This document shows, piece after piece, positions 1 to 10,841 of a stretch of 62,759 nt of DNA. How positions within the stretch are numbered: position 1 is the stretch's first letter; every line of letters begins with the position of its first letter. Both the position numbers and the translations under genes were made by a program. Under the pieces are notes generated by a model that was not told the origin of the DNA, did no database searches, and saw only the letters and a program-made list of their open reading frames with translations. This DNA comes from Neisseriaceae bacterium (GTDB taxonomy: Bacteria; Pseudomonadota; Gammaproteobacteria; Burkholderiales; UBA11063). The DNA lies in contig RXKI01000004.1 in the NCBI GenBank assembly GCA_003962895.1, forward strand, positions 7,616 to 70,374. Reading direction: 5' to 3'.

Positions 1-1250
1 TCTACCAGACAGCGAGATGGTTGGTTGCTTGGTCTTTATCCACCTAGAGCAGATTTTATGTCTCGTTCAACCCCTTCCCCAGCCACAATTGAAAAAATGA
101 AAGATATAGTTTTTCAAACAGATGAACCTAAAAAAAAGAGATCAAAAAAGAAAAAAAGAAAAAAAATAGAAGAATCGAAGTCTAAAACTTTAGTTATAGA
201 TCAAAATATTGACAAATGGTTAAAATCTATTGAGGGATTGTCTAAAGATTTAGAGGACTTAGAAAAAGCTAAAAAGAGTGTCAATAACAAGTTAGATCGA
301 ATTAAAGACAAATATTCTAAAAAAGACTTAGAAACAGTAGCTGCTAAAAAAGATGAAAAATTGATAGATAAAAAGGATGAATCTATTCCTGAAAAAGAAC
401 AAGAGGTTGAAAAAGATGGAGCCAAATCCAAAGTGCGATTGCCACAAAAAGAAACAAAAGGTAAACAGGTTTAGTTTATTGTTTTGTTTTCTTTGGATTT
501 GGATTGCCTTTGTAAGTTCTTTTGATGTTTATTTGACAATAAGATTAGAAGATGTGATTAAAGAGAGTGAACAAAATCCGATAGCTAGAGCTATTATGGA
601 ATATGATGACTGGAATGTTTCTAAATTTATTGGAATAAAAATGTTTTGCACCATTTTTGTTCTTGGCATATTGACTGCTACTTATTTTTTTAGCAAAAAG
701 CATGCTTATTCAATAATTTTGTCTATCGCCCTATTTCAGACAATTTTAATTTGGTATTTAACTTTTTAAAGATATTTTTTGTATATCTGACACTTTTTTA
801 ATATGTTATGCAAACAAGAGAAAAAATATTTCAAGAAATAAAAGATGATATAGAAATAGTTCCCTCTTTGGAAAGAACTTATTTAATTGTAGCTGCTGTC
901 GCCAAAGATCGATCTAGAAACATTATTCAAAAAATTTATTGCAAAAAAGGAGTTCCGATAGGAGGATATGTTTATAATTCTTTTTTAGATTGTTACAATG
1001 TAGAATGTGCTTCTTTTGTTCATCTTGGATATCTTCCTTATTCATTTGACCAAAAAATAAAAGGCTTAGATTGGAAAACTAAAATTCCAGTTAATGAAAA
1101 GGTTATATTAAAACAATTAGACGCTTCTCAAAAGAAAGAATTGAAAAAAATAAAAGATAGTCACCCTGAAGAATTTTACAAAATGGAATATATTCAAATG
1201 ATTGATCCTAATTGAAGGTTTAAACACTAAATAATAAAAAAGGATTAATT

Positions 1251-2033
1251 ATGAGTTGTAGTTTTGGTTGTTCTAAAAATAATGTTCAAGGCTGTCCTCA
1301 AGAAGACGGATGTATCCCTGGAGTATGCCCAGACTTCATTATAAAAAGACATGACACAAAGCCTAGCTTCAAAGTGTTAATGGAAGATTGCGATGGACCA
1401 ATGGATTTGACGGGATTAGTCCTAGAGGCTTCTATGTGGGCTAAAGCTAAATTGAAAAAAGAAATATCACCAGAAGATACTTATTTCCAGTTAGCAGATA
1501 ATATTGGCTTTTCTCAAATAATGGTTGGTGACATAATAGTAATGGACAGAGCCAGAGTCCCAGAAAAAATGCTAGTCACTTCTTTTGACGAACAAAATCA
1601 TTTGGTTCAGGTTCAAAGAGCTTATCACGGAACTATGGCTCAAAAATGGAAAAAAGGAACTTCATTCAAAATAATGAAATTCATCGGGAATACAGCCGTA
1701 ACAGAAATGATATATCATGATGTTTTGGAAATTGATGGAACAACAACAGAAGATGTATTGGGAGAAAGTTTTTTTGTTTACGAATGGAATGCAGCGGACA
1801 CTTGTCTTCCAGGTTGCTATTACTTAGAGTTTAAATTGTTGAAAATGGTAGAAGAAGAAAGTGTCCAATCTTCTAGCTACAGCGAAGAATTTATCAGTTC
1901 AATTAGTTTTATTCCATCTAATTTGGATTTTAATTGTGACAAGCCAACAGGAGTAGATTGGGTTCGAAGATTCCCGATGGATGCTGAAGGGTTTTTAATC
2001 CAAATTTTGGATAGTCCTTTGACTGAAATTTAA
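1251..2033 (+). CDS. Putative virion structural protein (BppU/baseplate-upper-like)
   Basis: FIIKRHDTKPSF...YEWNAADT..PGCYYLEF pattern resembles BppU N-terminal Ig-like domains; AAGGA RBS. Confidence 0.45.
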   Translation: MSCSFGCSKNNVQGCPQEDGCIPGVCPDFIIKRHDTKPSFKVLMEDCDGPMDLTGLVLEASMWAKAKLKKEISPEDTYFQLADNIGFSQIMVGDIIVMDRARVPEKMLVTSFDEQNHLVQVQRAYHGTMAQKWKKGTSFKIMKFIGNTAVTEMIYHDVLEIDGTTTEDVLGESFFVYEWNAADTCLPGCYYLEFKLLKMVEEESVQSSSYSEEFISSISFIPSNLDFNCDKPTGVDWVRRFPMDAEGFLIQILDSPLTEI

Positions 2034-2136
2034 ATTTTCTAAAAAAAGCGTATTGACTTAACTTTAAAAAATGCTAAACTAAAAAAGCATCTTTAAAATT
2101 CCTTGTTTATAAAAAGAGAGAGTTGACTAGAGAATA

Positions 2137-2697
2137 ATGACTTTTAATCCAAATTACAAAGGAAACAAATTCCAAAGAAATCCTGACGAGGAAAGGCACA
2201 GGATTAATTGGCAAATAAAAGTCCCGACAGTTAGAGTTGCTAAGGGAGATGTGCAATTAGGCATCATGGATACAGACACAGCAAGAAATCTTGCTTTGAA
2301 TGATGGTTTAGATTTAGTAGAGATGGTGCCTGACTCCAGACCTCCTGTTTGCAGGATAATGGATTACAGCAGATTTAAATATGAACAAAAATTAAAGAAA
2401 AAAGATGTTGCAAAAAAACAGAGAGAGTCTGTTGTTCAATTAAAAGAGATTAGACTCAGACCTGCGATTGCAGAACATGACACTGAAACTAAAATAAATC
2501 AAGCTAAAAAGTTTTTAGAAGAAGGTGATAAGGTTCAATTCAATTTAACATTTAGAGGACAAAGAGAATTGTGTCATAAAGATAAAGGATTTGAACTTAT
2601 GCAAAAAATAATCAAGGGATTAGAAGATTTTGGAATTGTAGATAAATTTCCAAAAATGGAAGGCAACCGAATCATATGTTCTTTGAATCCGAAGTAA
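2137..2697 (+). CDS. infC: Translation initiation factor IF-3
   Basis: RINWQIKVPTVRV, GLDLVEMVPDSRPPVCRIMDYSRFKYEQ, KEIRLRPAIAEHD, FRG, PKMEG: typical IF-3 N and C domains. Confidence 0.95.
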   Translation: MTFNPNYKGNKFQRNPDEERHRINWQIKVPTVRVAKGDVQLGIMDTDTARNLALNDGLDLVEMVPDSRPPVCRIMDYSRFKYEQKLKKKDVAKKQRESVVQLKEIRLRPAIAEHDTETKINQAKKFLEEGDKVQFNLTFRGQRELCHKDKGFELMQKIIKGLEDFGIVDKFPKMEGNRIICSLNPK

Positions 2698-2699
2698 AA

Positions 2700-3971
2700 A
2701 TGATTGAACAATCTCAAATACAAAAAATAAACTTTGAATTTTATCAAAGAATAAATCAAAATGCTTCTCCTAAAAAAATAAAAATTCCTTCAATTTTTAA
2801 AGAAATTTGCGATTGTGATCCTGATGCTTTTGAATTGGGATTTGGCAAGTTTGGCTTAGACTTAAAAGATTTTATTGATAAGATCGATTTATCCCACCCA
2901 GAGATTGACATTATTTTTGATGGGATTTTATCGGATGATGAAACATTATCAAAAAATTTTATAGAATTAATTAATTTGGCTAAGTTAGCTAAAAAAAATA
3001 ATTTAAATAAAATTCTGCCTTTATTGAGTAAAGATTATATCAAAGATTTGTTTCCTAAATCTTTGGTTAGAAAAATAGAATCTCCTTCTAAACTGTATCT
3101 TAGAATGTTGAAAGATTCTGATAGTAGAATGGAAGTTCGTCAAACAAAAAGAATGCAAAATATAGATTTGCAAAGTTTGTACAGCAAAGGTGATTATTTT
3201 TGGCAATTGCAACCAAATTCTTTTACTAAGTTTTTAAGATTTGATAATTCTTATTTAGAAGATTTAAGGATAGCAGAAAAGAAAGCAGCAAAATATAAAG
3301 AATTAGGCTGTAGCTTTTTATATGAAGAAATAAACAAAAGTATAGAATCTTTTAAAGAAATAATTAAAGATAATCATTTTGGATTCAATAGAATTACTAT
3401 GACAAATGCTGCTGTAATTTTAGCTAAATCTTTAGGATTTAATTTTAGCAGTCAAGAAAAAGTGAATAATTTCGGAAATATTAGAATAGAATCTGAAATA
3501 ACTGTAAATAGAAATTTATTTGAAGGATTTAATTTTGGGAATGAAGATTCTATCGAATATGATTTTTGTTTAAGTAAATTAACAAAAAATCATATTTTTT
3601 CTTCAAAGAAGATGGAGAATTGTTGTTACCAACCTAGAATTTATCCTTTGCATGAATTTATGGATTTAGCATCAACAGAAACAAAAGACAGCATAGCAGT
3701 TCTAGAAAAGTTCCCAGAAGCATCATATAAACCAATTTTCGATCATTTTGGAATAATTATTCCAAGTATATCCTTGGAAAAAGATGAAAATGGTTTATAT
3801 TCTTTTTCAAACAATGGAATTTCTTATTGTTTTGAAAACAAAGAAGATGCCGAAAAATCTTTAGATTTAATTTTAGTTAAAAAAGAATATTTGCCATCTA
3901 TCATAGTTGGAGATAAAGATGGCAAATGTTATTTTTTAAGTTATTTTAATGTTAAAAAATTGGAGAATTGA
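2700..3971 (+). CDS. Hypothetical protein
   Basis: Long ORF; ATG at 2700 follows the infC stop; no recognisable motif. Confidence 0.7.
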   Translation: MIEQSQIQKINFEFYQRINQNASPKKIKIPSIFKEICDCDPDAFELGFGKFGLDLKDFIDKIDLSHPEIDIIFDGILSDDETLSKNFIELINLAKLAKKNNLNKILPLLSKDYIKDLFPKSLVRKIESPSKLYLRMLKDSDSRMEVRQTKRMQNIDLQSLYSKGDYFWQLQPNSFTKFLRFDNSYLEDLRIAEKKAAKYKELGCSFLYEEINKSIESFKEIIKDNHFGFNRITMTNAAVILAKSLGFNFSSQEKVNNFGNIRIESEITVNRNLFEGFNFGNEDSIEYDFCLSKLTKNHIFSSKKMENCCYQPRIYPLHEFMDLASTETKDSIAVLEKFPEASYKPIFDHFGIIIPSISLEKDENGLYSFSNNGISYCFENKEDAEKSLDLILVKKEYLPSIIVGDKDGKCYFLSYFNVKKLEN

Positions 3972-4248
3972 ATTGGAATTTTCTAAAGAAGAGCTACTTG
4001 ATTTAGCTAAAAAAATATATGAAGAGTCTTGTAATGGATACTTAGATTTAAAAGATTCTTATTGTTTTAAAATCATAGATGAAATTTATGAGAAAAAAGA
4101 GAAAGAAAAAGAAAAATTATCTTTAAATAAAAATGATAATTTCTATAATGGAATTGTAGCCTCATCATCTTACTTAAGAGCGATGTCGGCAATGACATCC
4201 ACATCAACTTCGATTTCAACGACTACATCGTATTAAAAAAGGAAAAAA

Positions 4249-4623
4249 ATGAAAAAGACATCAAGTTTGGACATCGGCGGAGGACTCCTGTTGCCCGAAG
4301 GAGTCAAACACAACAGAAGTCCAAAAATCACTGGAGTTAAGCCAGTAGCAAGTCAAGTTTATATAGAGTTGCTTACTCAACAAGAACTTGCAAACACAGA
4401 CATTACTATTGCTGGAGATGAAGGACCAACCAAGACCCCAGAACAGGGTTATATTATTGATGTTGGTCCTTCATTTAAAGCTGAGGATTGGGGCTTTGGG
4501 AAGGGAGATAGAGTGATGATCTCTGGAATTGGGATCATGACTCCTAACTTTGACAACAACCATAGAAAAAGATTTTTACTTGAACCATCTAGTGTAAAAT
4601 GCGTTCTTGAAGAAGAAAAGTAA
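4249..4623 (+). CDS. GroES-like co-chaperonin
   Basis: VKPVASQVYIE...QGYIIDVGP...GDRVMI matches the Cpn10 pattern; adjacent to dnaJ. Confidence 0.65.
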   Translation: MKKTSSLDIGGGLLLPEGVKHNRSPKITGVKPVASQVYIELLTQQELANTDITIAGDEGPTKTPEQGYIIDVGPSFKAEDWGFGKGDRVMISGIGIMTPNFDNNHRKRFLLEPSSVKCVLEEEK

Positions 4624-5700
4624 ATGAATGATCCTTATGAAATATTAGGGATTGATAGAGATGCTGACGAAACAGCGATAAAACAAGCGTATAGAAAAGC
4701 AGCAAAAAAGCATCATCCTGATTTAAATCAAGGTGATGCTAATGCTGCTTTTCGCTTTAAAGAAGTCCAAAATGCTTATGAAATTTTAAAAAATCCTCAT
4801 AAAAAATTTAATTACGATAGAAAAAATCGTCACACTTTTTCTAAAAAACAAAAGCAAAATAAGACTGAAAAAGATTTTTCTAATTTTAACTGTGATGATT
4901 ATGTTTTTGAAGAATATTTTGGACAATCTAAATTTAGAGGAAGTAGTTTAAAAATAAAGTTAGAAATATCTTTAAAAGAAGTTTATTCTGGTTGTGTTAA
5001 ATATTTAAAAGTAAAAAAAAGAGTTCCTTGTGTGGCTTGTCGTGGCGAAGGTTTATTAGATTTTAAAATTTGCAATGCTTGTTCTGGTGCTGGCAAGTTA
5101 AAAACATTTGATATGCCTAACGAACCATTCCATATTTGCAAAAGCTGTGGAGGAAGTGGTAAATATGGAATCATTAAATGTGATGTTTGTAATGGTACTA
5201 CTTTTTCTGGAGAGATAGAGCAAGTTGTGGAAATTAAAATTCCTCCTTGGGTGCATAACGGTCAAATAATCAGATTAGAAGGACAAGGAGAAAGCTCAAT
5301 TCGACCTAATGGAGAACGAGGAGATATTGTAGTTTTTATAAATTTAAAAGAAGATTCAAGATTTACTTTAAAAAATCAAGATATTATTATAAGATTACCA
5401 GTTTCTTATACTCAATTAATTTTTGGAGATGAAGTTTGCGTAAAAGGAATTGATGAAAATTTTAATATAACTATACCTAAATTTTCTCAATCTGAGACTA
5501 AATTTATATTTAAAGGAAAAGGATTGTTTTCTTTTGATAAAAAAAGAGGAGATTTTATAGTAGTTTTACAATTAGACACGCCTTCTGAACTTTCAGAAGA
5601 GTATCGGGACGCTTTGTTAAAGGTTTCTGATTTTGAAAAAAAATATTTAAGCGAAAAAATAAAAAAGTGGCAAGAAGAGGAAAAAGATGGACAAAAATAG
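4624..5700 (+). CDS. dnaJ: DnaJ chaperone
   Basis: J domain with HPD, four CxxCxGxG-type repeats, C-terminal substrate-binding domains. Confidence 0.93.
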   Translation: MNDPYEILGIDRDADETAIKQAYRKAAKKHHPDLNQGDANAAFRFKEVQNAYEILKNPHKKFNYDRKNRHTFSKKQKQNKTEKDFSNFNCDDYVFEEYFGQSKFRGSSLKIKLEISLKEVYSGCVKYLKVKKRVPCVACRGEGLLDFKICNACSGAGKLKTFDMPNEPFHICKSCGGSGKYGIIKCDVCNGTTFSGEIEQVVEIKIPPWVHNGQIIRLEGQGESSIRPNGERGDIVVFINLKEDSRFTLKNQDIIIRLPVSYTQLIFGDEVCVKGIDENFNITIPKFSQSETKFIFKGKGLFSFDKKRGDFIVVLQLDTPSELSEEYRDALLKVSDFEKKYLSEKIKKWQEEEKDGQK

Positions 5701-5870
5701 TGAAAAACTTGTTTGGATTGTATTGGGATTAGGAATTTTTATTTTTGTTGTTGGCATTGGAACTAATGTTTTAGTAGATAAAGTGGCTGATAAAGTCATA
5801 CAGAAATTACAAAAAGATTATTCTCCATCTCCATACGGACCAGGCTTTGACCCAGACAAGATAGATTTAA

Positions 5871-6218
5871 CTAAATAATTTTACAACTCATGATCTGAGA
5901 TGTATTTTCTGATTTATCTTGAGGCAACCTTTGTAGTTTGTATTCCATTTCTTTGCCTATTTCTGGGCTTCCATTTATTCTTCTATATTGGTCTATTGTG
6001 AAATAGAGTTTAGACCCATCTTTTAACCGTATATAAATTGGATTTTTACTTTTATCAATAAAAATAATTTTTGATTTTTTTGTTAAAGAAGGTATGTCTA
6101 AGTTCAAATTTGGTATTTGTTTAGAAATTTCTTTTGCCCAAGCGAAATCTTCTATACAAATAGATTTATTTTCTTCTATGTGTTTTTGGATTTCTATGTA
6201 TTTTTTGAAATTATCCAT
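5871..6218 (-). CDS. Hypothetical protein with FKxxIE N-terminal motif
   Basis: Likely start MDNFKKYIE; counter-oriented gene. Confidence 0.6.
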   Translation of the reverse strand: MDNFKKYIEIQKHIEENKSICIEDFAWAKEISKQIPNLNLDIPSLTKKSKIIFIDKSKNPIYIRLKDGSKLYFTIDQYRRINGSPEIGKEMEYKLQRLPQDKSENTSQIMSCKII

Positions 6219-6857
6219 ATTTTTATGTATTGTTTTTATATTGTTTTTCACTCTATTACTTTATGGAAAGTAAATATAAAATATTCTCTGCCGATCCTGT
6301 TGTTCCCATGTCTATTAATTTTAGAAATCACGATGGAGAACAAATTGTGATTTCTGTTGGAGTTAATTATTCTCAAGATAAAATTGTTTTTAATGACATA
6401 AAGACATTACAAGAAGGGTCTTATGACATTGAAGATTTAGAACAAGAGATATTGAAGTTCCTTAGACCAGGAGTGGTTAATCCACCAAATCTTTCTCAAG
6501 ACATGATGGAAAAGATTAAAAAAGTACAATCAGGAAAATACAAAGAAGCATTTGTTCAAAATATGCCAGAAGGACTTTAAAAAATGGTTGAAAAATTTGA
6601 TTTTAAGTTTAAAATGATATCAAAGGAAGGTTCTCAAAGACTTGACAATCTTCGACCTCTAAATTTAAAGAAATTGTTTCTTTGGATAGATTCTCAGACC
6701 TCAAGTGAGAGGTTGAGAGAGCAATTGAAGAAAAGTGCTTCTGCTTATCCTCATCAAGCATTGGCAAGATGGCAAAAAAATTATAATTTAAATTTAGCAA
6801 AAGCTCAAGCTGTATTAAAAGAAGAAAATAAAAACAATTTAAAAAAGGAACCAAAAG

Positions 6858-7409
6858 ATGCAAGATCAATCCACGACCACCAATTCGACGATACAACCCC
6901 CAGAACCACAGAAGGAACCGAAAGTCTGCCGCAAAAAATGCCAGATGAAGAAGACCCAACAGGAGGATTTTAATCCAGTTCTTCAAAAAGTAAAAATTTT
7001 AGCCGACTCAGATGAGTTTATTCCTAGCTATAAGACAGAAAAAGCAGCAGCAGCCGATTTAGTGGCAAATATTCCAGAGGGCAAAGTTACTATTTTGTCT
7101 AATAGAATTGTTACTATCGATTTAGGATTTAGCATGGCTTTGCCAGAAGGTTGGCAAGCTGAAATTAAACCAAGAAGTGGACTTTCTCAAAGAGGAGTTC
7201 ATATTGCTTTAGGAACAATAGATGAAGACTACAGAGGCAGAATGCGTGCTGTTGTCATGAATCTTGGCAAAGAAATTATAGTTTTAAATCACGGAGAGAG
7301 AATTGCACAACTTTCTTTAAAACCTGTTTTTAAATTTGATTGGGAAAAAGTAGATCAATTAGATGAAACAGAAAGAGGAGAAGGCGGATTTGGATCAACA
7401 GGATTATAA
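6858..7409 (+). CDS. dut: dUTPase (trimeric family)
   Basis: AAADL, PRSGL, GTIDEDYRG, ERIAQL, RGEGGFGSTG motifs; real start may be ATG 6945. Confidence 0.95.
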   Translation: MQDQSTTTNSTIQPPEPQKEPKVCRKKCQMKKTQQEDFNPVLQKVKILADSDEFIPSYKTEKAAAADLVANIPEGKVTILSNRIVTIDLGFSMALPEGWQAEIKPRSGLSQRGVHIALGTIDEDYRGRMRAVVMNLGKEIIVLNHGERIAQLSLKPVFKFDWEKVDQLDETERGEGGFGSTGL

Positions 7410-7649
7410 AGGTAAAAAATGAAACTATTTTCTATAATTAGCGTAGCAAGACAGGTTGATGGGGAGTTTGTTGTTATAAAAGTAGAAAAGACTTTTAAGA
7501 CAGCAAGCAAAGCAGATGAATATGTAAAACAATTGTCTGCAAGATACACAGAAAATATCGATACTCCAAGTGGTCCTGTTTCCTGTGTATGTGAAAGAGG
7601 AATTTTTGAGATTGAAGTAGATGATGAAGAATAATTAAGAGGAATTAAT

Positions 7650-8399
7650 ATGTCAATTACACCACACGATAATAGCGATATTTACAACCCATTAGAAGGA
7701 AATGCTCCTGACCTAAAAGTTAAGTTGCATGAAAATTCTGACGAGCATGTTTCAATTATAATAGTTCACAAAGACAGACCTGAATATTTGAATATTTGTT
7801 TACAATCTATTGCCGTTACTTCTTTCAACAACAATTATGAAATTATTGTTGTTGATAATGGTAGCGGCAAAGAATCTCAAGAATTTTTGAATGACATTGA
7901 AGGAGAAGTTAAAGTAGTTAGAAACGAAAAGAATATCTATTGGTCTGCTGCATGCAACAAAGGAGTTCAAGCAGCCGATAAGAATTCTAAATATTTTATA
8001 TTTCTCCATTGCGATATAGTTGTTACAAACCCAGGTTGGATTGATCTTTTGATTAATGTCTCTGAAGCTCAACAATCTGGGTTAGTTGGCATCGACACAA
8101 AGACGTATATGATGGGAAATCAAAGAATAGACTTTTTACAAGAGTATGTTCTCTTGATGACACGAGAGGCTTGGGATGATATTGGACCTTGGCCTGAACA
8201 ACTTCCTCAAATTGGTCCTTCATTTGTTCTTACCATGAAAGCTCAAATGAGAGGTCACAAACCTCAAATTATGAAAAACCAAATAGTTCACCATTACCAG
8301 ATATTTAGTTTGAATATCAGCGAATGGGAACGAATGACAGAACAAGCAAGAGCGATTCTCCCTAAACTAATGACCGACGTTCGTTCTTCTGCAATTTAA
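7650..8399 (+). CDS. Glycosyltransferase family 2
   Basis: VSIIIVH, YEIIVVDNGS, ACNKG, FLHCD. Confidence 0.85.
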   Translation: MSITPHDNSDIYNPLEGNAPDLKVKLHENSDEHVSIIIVHKDRPEYLNICLQSIAVTSFNNNYEIIVVDNGSGKESQEFLNDIEGEVKVVRNEKNIYWSAACNKGVQAADKNSKYFIFLHCDIVVTNPGWIDLLINVSEAQQSGLVGIDTKTYMMGNQRIDFLQEYVLLMTREAWDDIGPWPEQLPQIGPSFVLTMKAQMRGHKPQIMKNQIVHHYQIFSLNISEWERMTEQARAILPKLMTDVRSSAI

Positions 8400-8412
8400 A
8401 GATTGGAAAAAA

Positions 8413-9081
8413 ATGAAACTTGTAGCAAAAGACAGTTATTATGCCGTTATTGATGATGTCCTTCCAAAAGAACAATTTGATCTGTTTTGGAAGTATTTCA
8501 ATAGTTCTGATTATGCATATCGATCTATGACTGGATGGCAAAAAGTTTGGAGAATAACTGATGGGCAAGTTTTGGCTGGTCCGCCTAGTTATCATTCTCA
8601 AGCTCCGTTTAACAATCCTATGGATGTTTTACACCAATCTGCAATTGCTTTAGCAAAGCAACATTTTGAAGAAATAGTAGGCAAAGAAGATGAGGATTGG
8701 AAAGAGTTCTTTTTGACTCCATACATCTACCCAGCAGGTACTAAAATTTCATGGCATGATGATTATGGATATACAGGAGCTTGTATTTATTACACACACC
8801 CAGAATGGGGTGCAAATTGGGGAGGAGAATTGTTTATTGCAAAAACTCCTTCTGCTCAAGAGATTCAAGAAAGCAATATAGCTCCTGACAATATTACAAG
8901 AGAGTTTATCGACCCATTGCTGAATCATTATGGTATGGGAATGTATTTTACTCCAAAACCAAATAGAATGATTTTCACAAGCGGTAAAGTTTGGCATGCA
9001 ATTAACAGAGTAGATCAATCTGCTGGCGATCATGCTCGTTGCTCTGTTGTTGGATTCTTTTCAAAAGAAAAAATAATTTAA
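8413..9081 (+). CDS. 2OG-Fe(II) oxygenase (prolyl-hydroxylase-like)
   Basis: WHDD, WGGEL, PKPNRMI, WHAI..V, RCSVVGF. Confidence 0.85.
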   Translation: MKLVAKDSYYAVIDDVLPKEQFDLFWKYFNSSDYAYRSMTGWQKVWRITDGQVLAGPPSYHSQAPFNNPMDVLHQSAIALAKQHFEEIVGKEDEDWKEFFLTPYIYPAGTKISWHDDYGYTGACIYYTHPEWGANWGGELFIAKTPSAQEIQESNIAPDNITREFIDPLLNHYGMGMYFTPKPNRMIFTSGKVWHAINRVDQSAGDHARCSVVGFFSKEKII

Positions 9082-9495
9082 GGAAGATAATGAATTTTTG
9101 TAAAATTTGTGGCGGAGAAAAAAAGATTGTTGAAGAAATATGTTTTAATTGTAAAGGAAGTGCTTTACCGATTGAGGTTGAAGGTTTTGATAGATTTTTG
9201 AATTATCGTGAACCTAAACCAAATGAATACAATTTGTTTGTTCATTATAAAATGACCACGACTGATGGCTTAAAAAAAATGGTTTTAGAAGATGGAAAAA
9301 TAAACTATTTAAAACTTTCAGACGAGGACATGAAAAGATATCAAATGGAGATCGAGAAAGGTGTGGTGCGAATTTCTGAATATGATATACTATCGGATAG
9401 TTTGGAAAATGCAAAACGTGAAGCAATAAGCATGGCTCAAGGATTTGGTCACATCGTAGTTAAAGTTGAAGAGCGTGATTATTGCGGTTGGGGAT

Positions 9496-9957
9496 TTAAG
9501 GAAGATATTTAACAAAATCCTGCCATTTTTCATTCAAATAAGTGCTTGGAGGATGTTTGGCGTAAGTTGCTGCATAAGCCATACAAAAAATTTCCTCTGC
9601 ATTTTGTTTTAAAGAATCTTTACTATTGGGATTTTTTTCAATTTGTGATTTAATTGTATTTTTGAATAAATCTGACCATTCTTTCTTTAATTCTTCCGTA
9701 AACAGCTTTTCGTATACAAGATGAGCAATTTCATGTAATGTTGTAAATGATCTGCTATAATGCCAAGGAGCAGCTACTACAATGTTATCTTTGTGTATAT
9801 AACCTATATGTTCGTTATCCCCATGAAGGGTGTTTCCCCCGGTATATTTAAATTTGTATCCATTGAGCAATTTTTGATGATTTTTTGGAAGTTTTGCTAT
9901 TATTTTAGAAACATCTTCTTTTTCTTTGGATTCAATAAATGTTTTAAAGTTTGTCAT
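9496..9957 (-). CDS. Zinc metallopeptidase-like protein (HExxH)
   Basis: TTLHEIAH plus downstream EEIFC; N-terminus MTNFKTFIE. Confidence 0.65.
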   Translation of the reverse strand: MTNFKTFIESKEKEDVSKIIAKLPKNHQKLLNGYKFKYTGGNTLHGDNEHIGYIHKDNIVVAAPWHYSRSFTTLHEIAHLVYEKLFTEELKKEWSDLFKNTIKSQIEKNPNSKDSLKQNAEEIFCMAYAATYAKHPPSTYLNEKWQDFVKYLP

Positions 9958-10011
9958 GAATTATTTATTCATTTTATATTTTTTTTACAATTTGTTATTA
10001 TAGATAAATAT

Positions 10012-10836
10012 ATGAGATTTAAAAATTGGTTTAAAATCAATGAAAACAGGAAAGAACTTGCTCATCATTATAGCAATCTGCTGAAAGATGTTCCTCAAGA
10101 CCCAATCCACCATCCCGAAGGATCGGCACTCATACACACTCAATTAGTGAGAAAAGCTATTCCTAAAGCCATTCAAGAATTAAATAAATTAAAATTCATT
10201 GAACCATTTTCTAAAATTTTAGAAAACTTAGATTTTTCTGTCTCTGAAGAAGAAATGCAAATTTTGGTTATGTCAGCGTGGCTTCATGATATTGGCAAGG
10301 CTTCTGCAACGACTGTAAACAAAGATACTGGAAAAATTCAAGCAATTGGACATCAAGACCCAGAACACTATTTGCCACAATTAAATAAAATACAAAATTT
10401 TGCTCCTCAAGAAGTTGTAGAATTTTACCAAAAAAACTCTCAAATAATCAATTTTTTGATCGAAAGACATATGGATTTTGTAAACAAAGATGGATTTCCT
10501 TCTGGTTTCATAAAATCCAATTTTGAAAATGGAGTAATTAAGAATAGCAAAGAAATTAAACTTTTGTTGATTCTTATGTGGGCTGACAAAATGGGAAGAA
10601 AGCCAGAGAACACAATTTTATCTGCAATTCAAAAGAATGCGGAAAGGTTGCAAATTTCTTCTGAAAGAAGTCAAAAATTCAAGCCTATCGTGCAAAAAAC
10701 TTCATTCTCTGGTTCTCCTAAAGAATTCAATGATCTATTGTTATCTAGAAATTTAAATTCTTTACAAAGGAAGTCTGCATTGAAAAATAAGTTCCCAGAA
10801 CTTTCTGACTTGGAACTTTCAAACTTAGTGTTTTAA
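10012..10836 (+). CDS. HD-domain phosphohydrolase (type found in CCA-adding/RNA-repair enzymes)
   Basis: PQDPIHHPEG..LIHT, AWLHDIGK, AIGH, ERHM, WAD; start reassigned to ATG 10012 (MRFKNWF). Confidence 0.75.
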   Translation: MRFKNWFKINENRKELAHHYSNLLKDVPQDPIHHPEGSALIHTQLVRKAIPKAIQELNKLKFIEPFSKILENLDFSVSEEEMQILVMSAWLHDIGKASATTVNKDTGKIQAIGHQDPEHYLPQLNKIQNFAPQEVVEFYQKNSQIINFLIERHMDFVNKDGFPSGFIKSNFENGVIKNSKEIKLLLILMWADKMGRKPENTILSAIQKNAERLQISSERSQKFKPIVQKTSFSGSPKEFNDLLLSRNLNSLQRKSALKNKFPELSDLELSNLVF

Positions 10837-10841
10837 AAGGA

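Noticed and set aside
9760-10011. N-terminal extension of the HD-domain ORF in the track
   Set aside because: It overlaps the antisense HExxH gene; ATG 10012 is the plausible start
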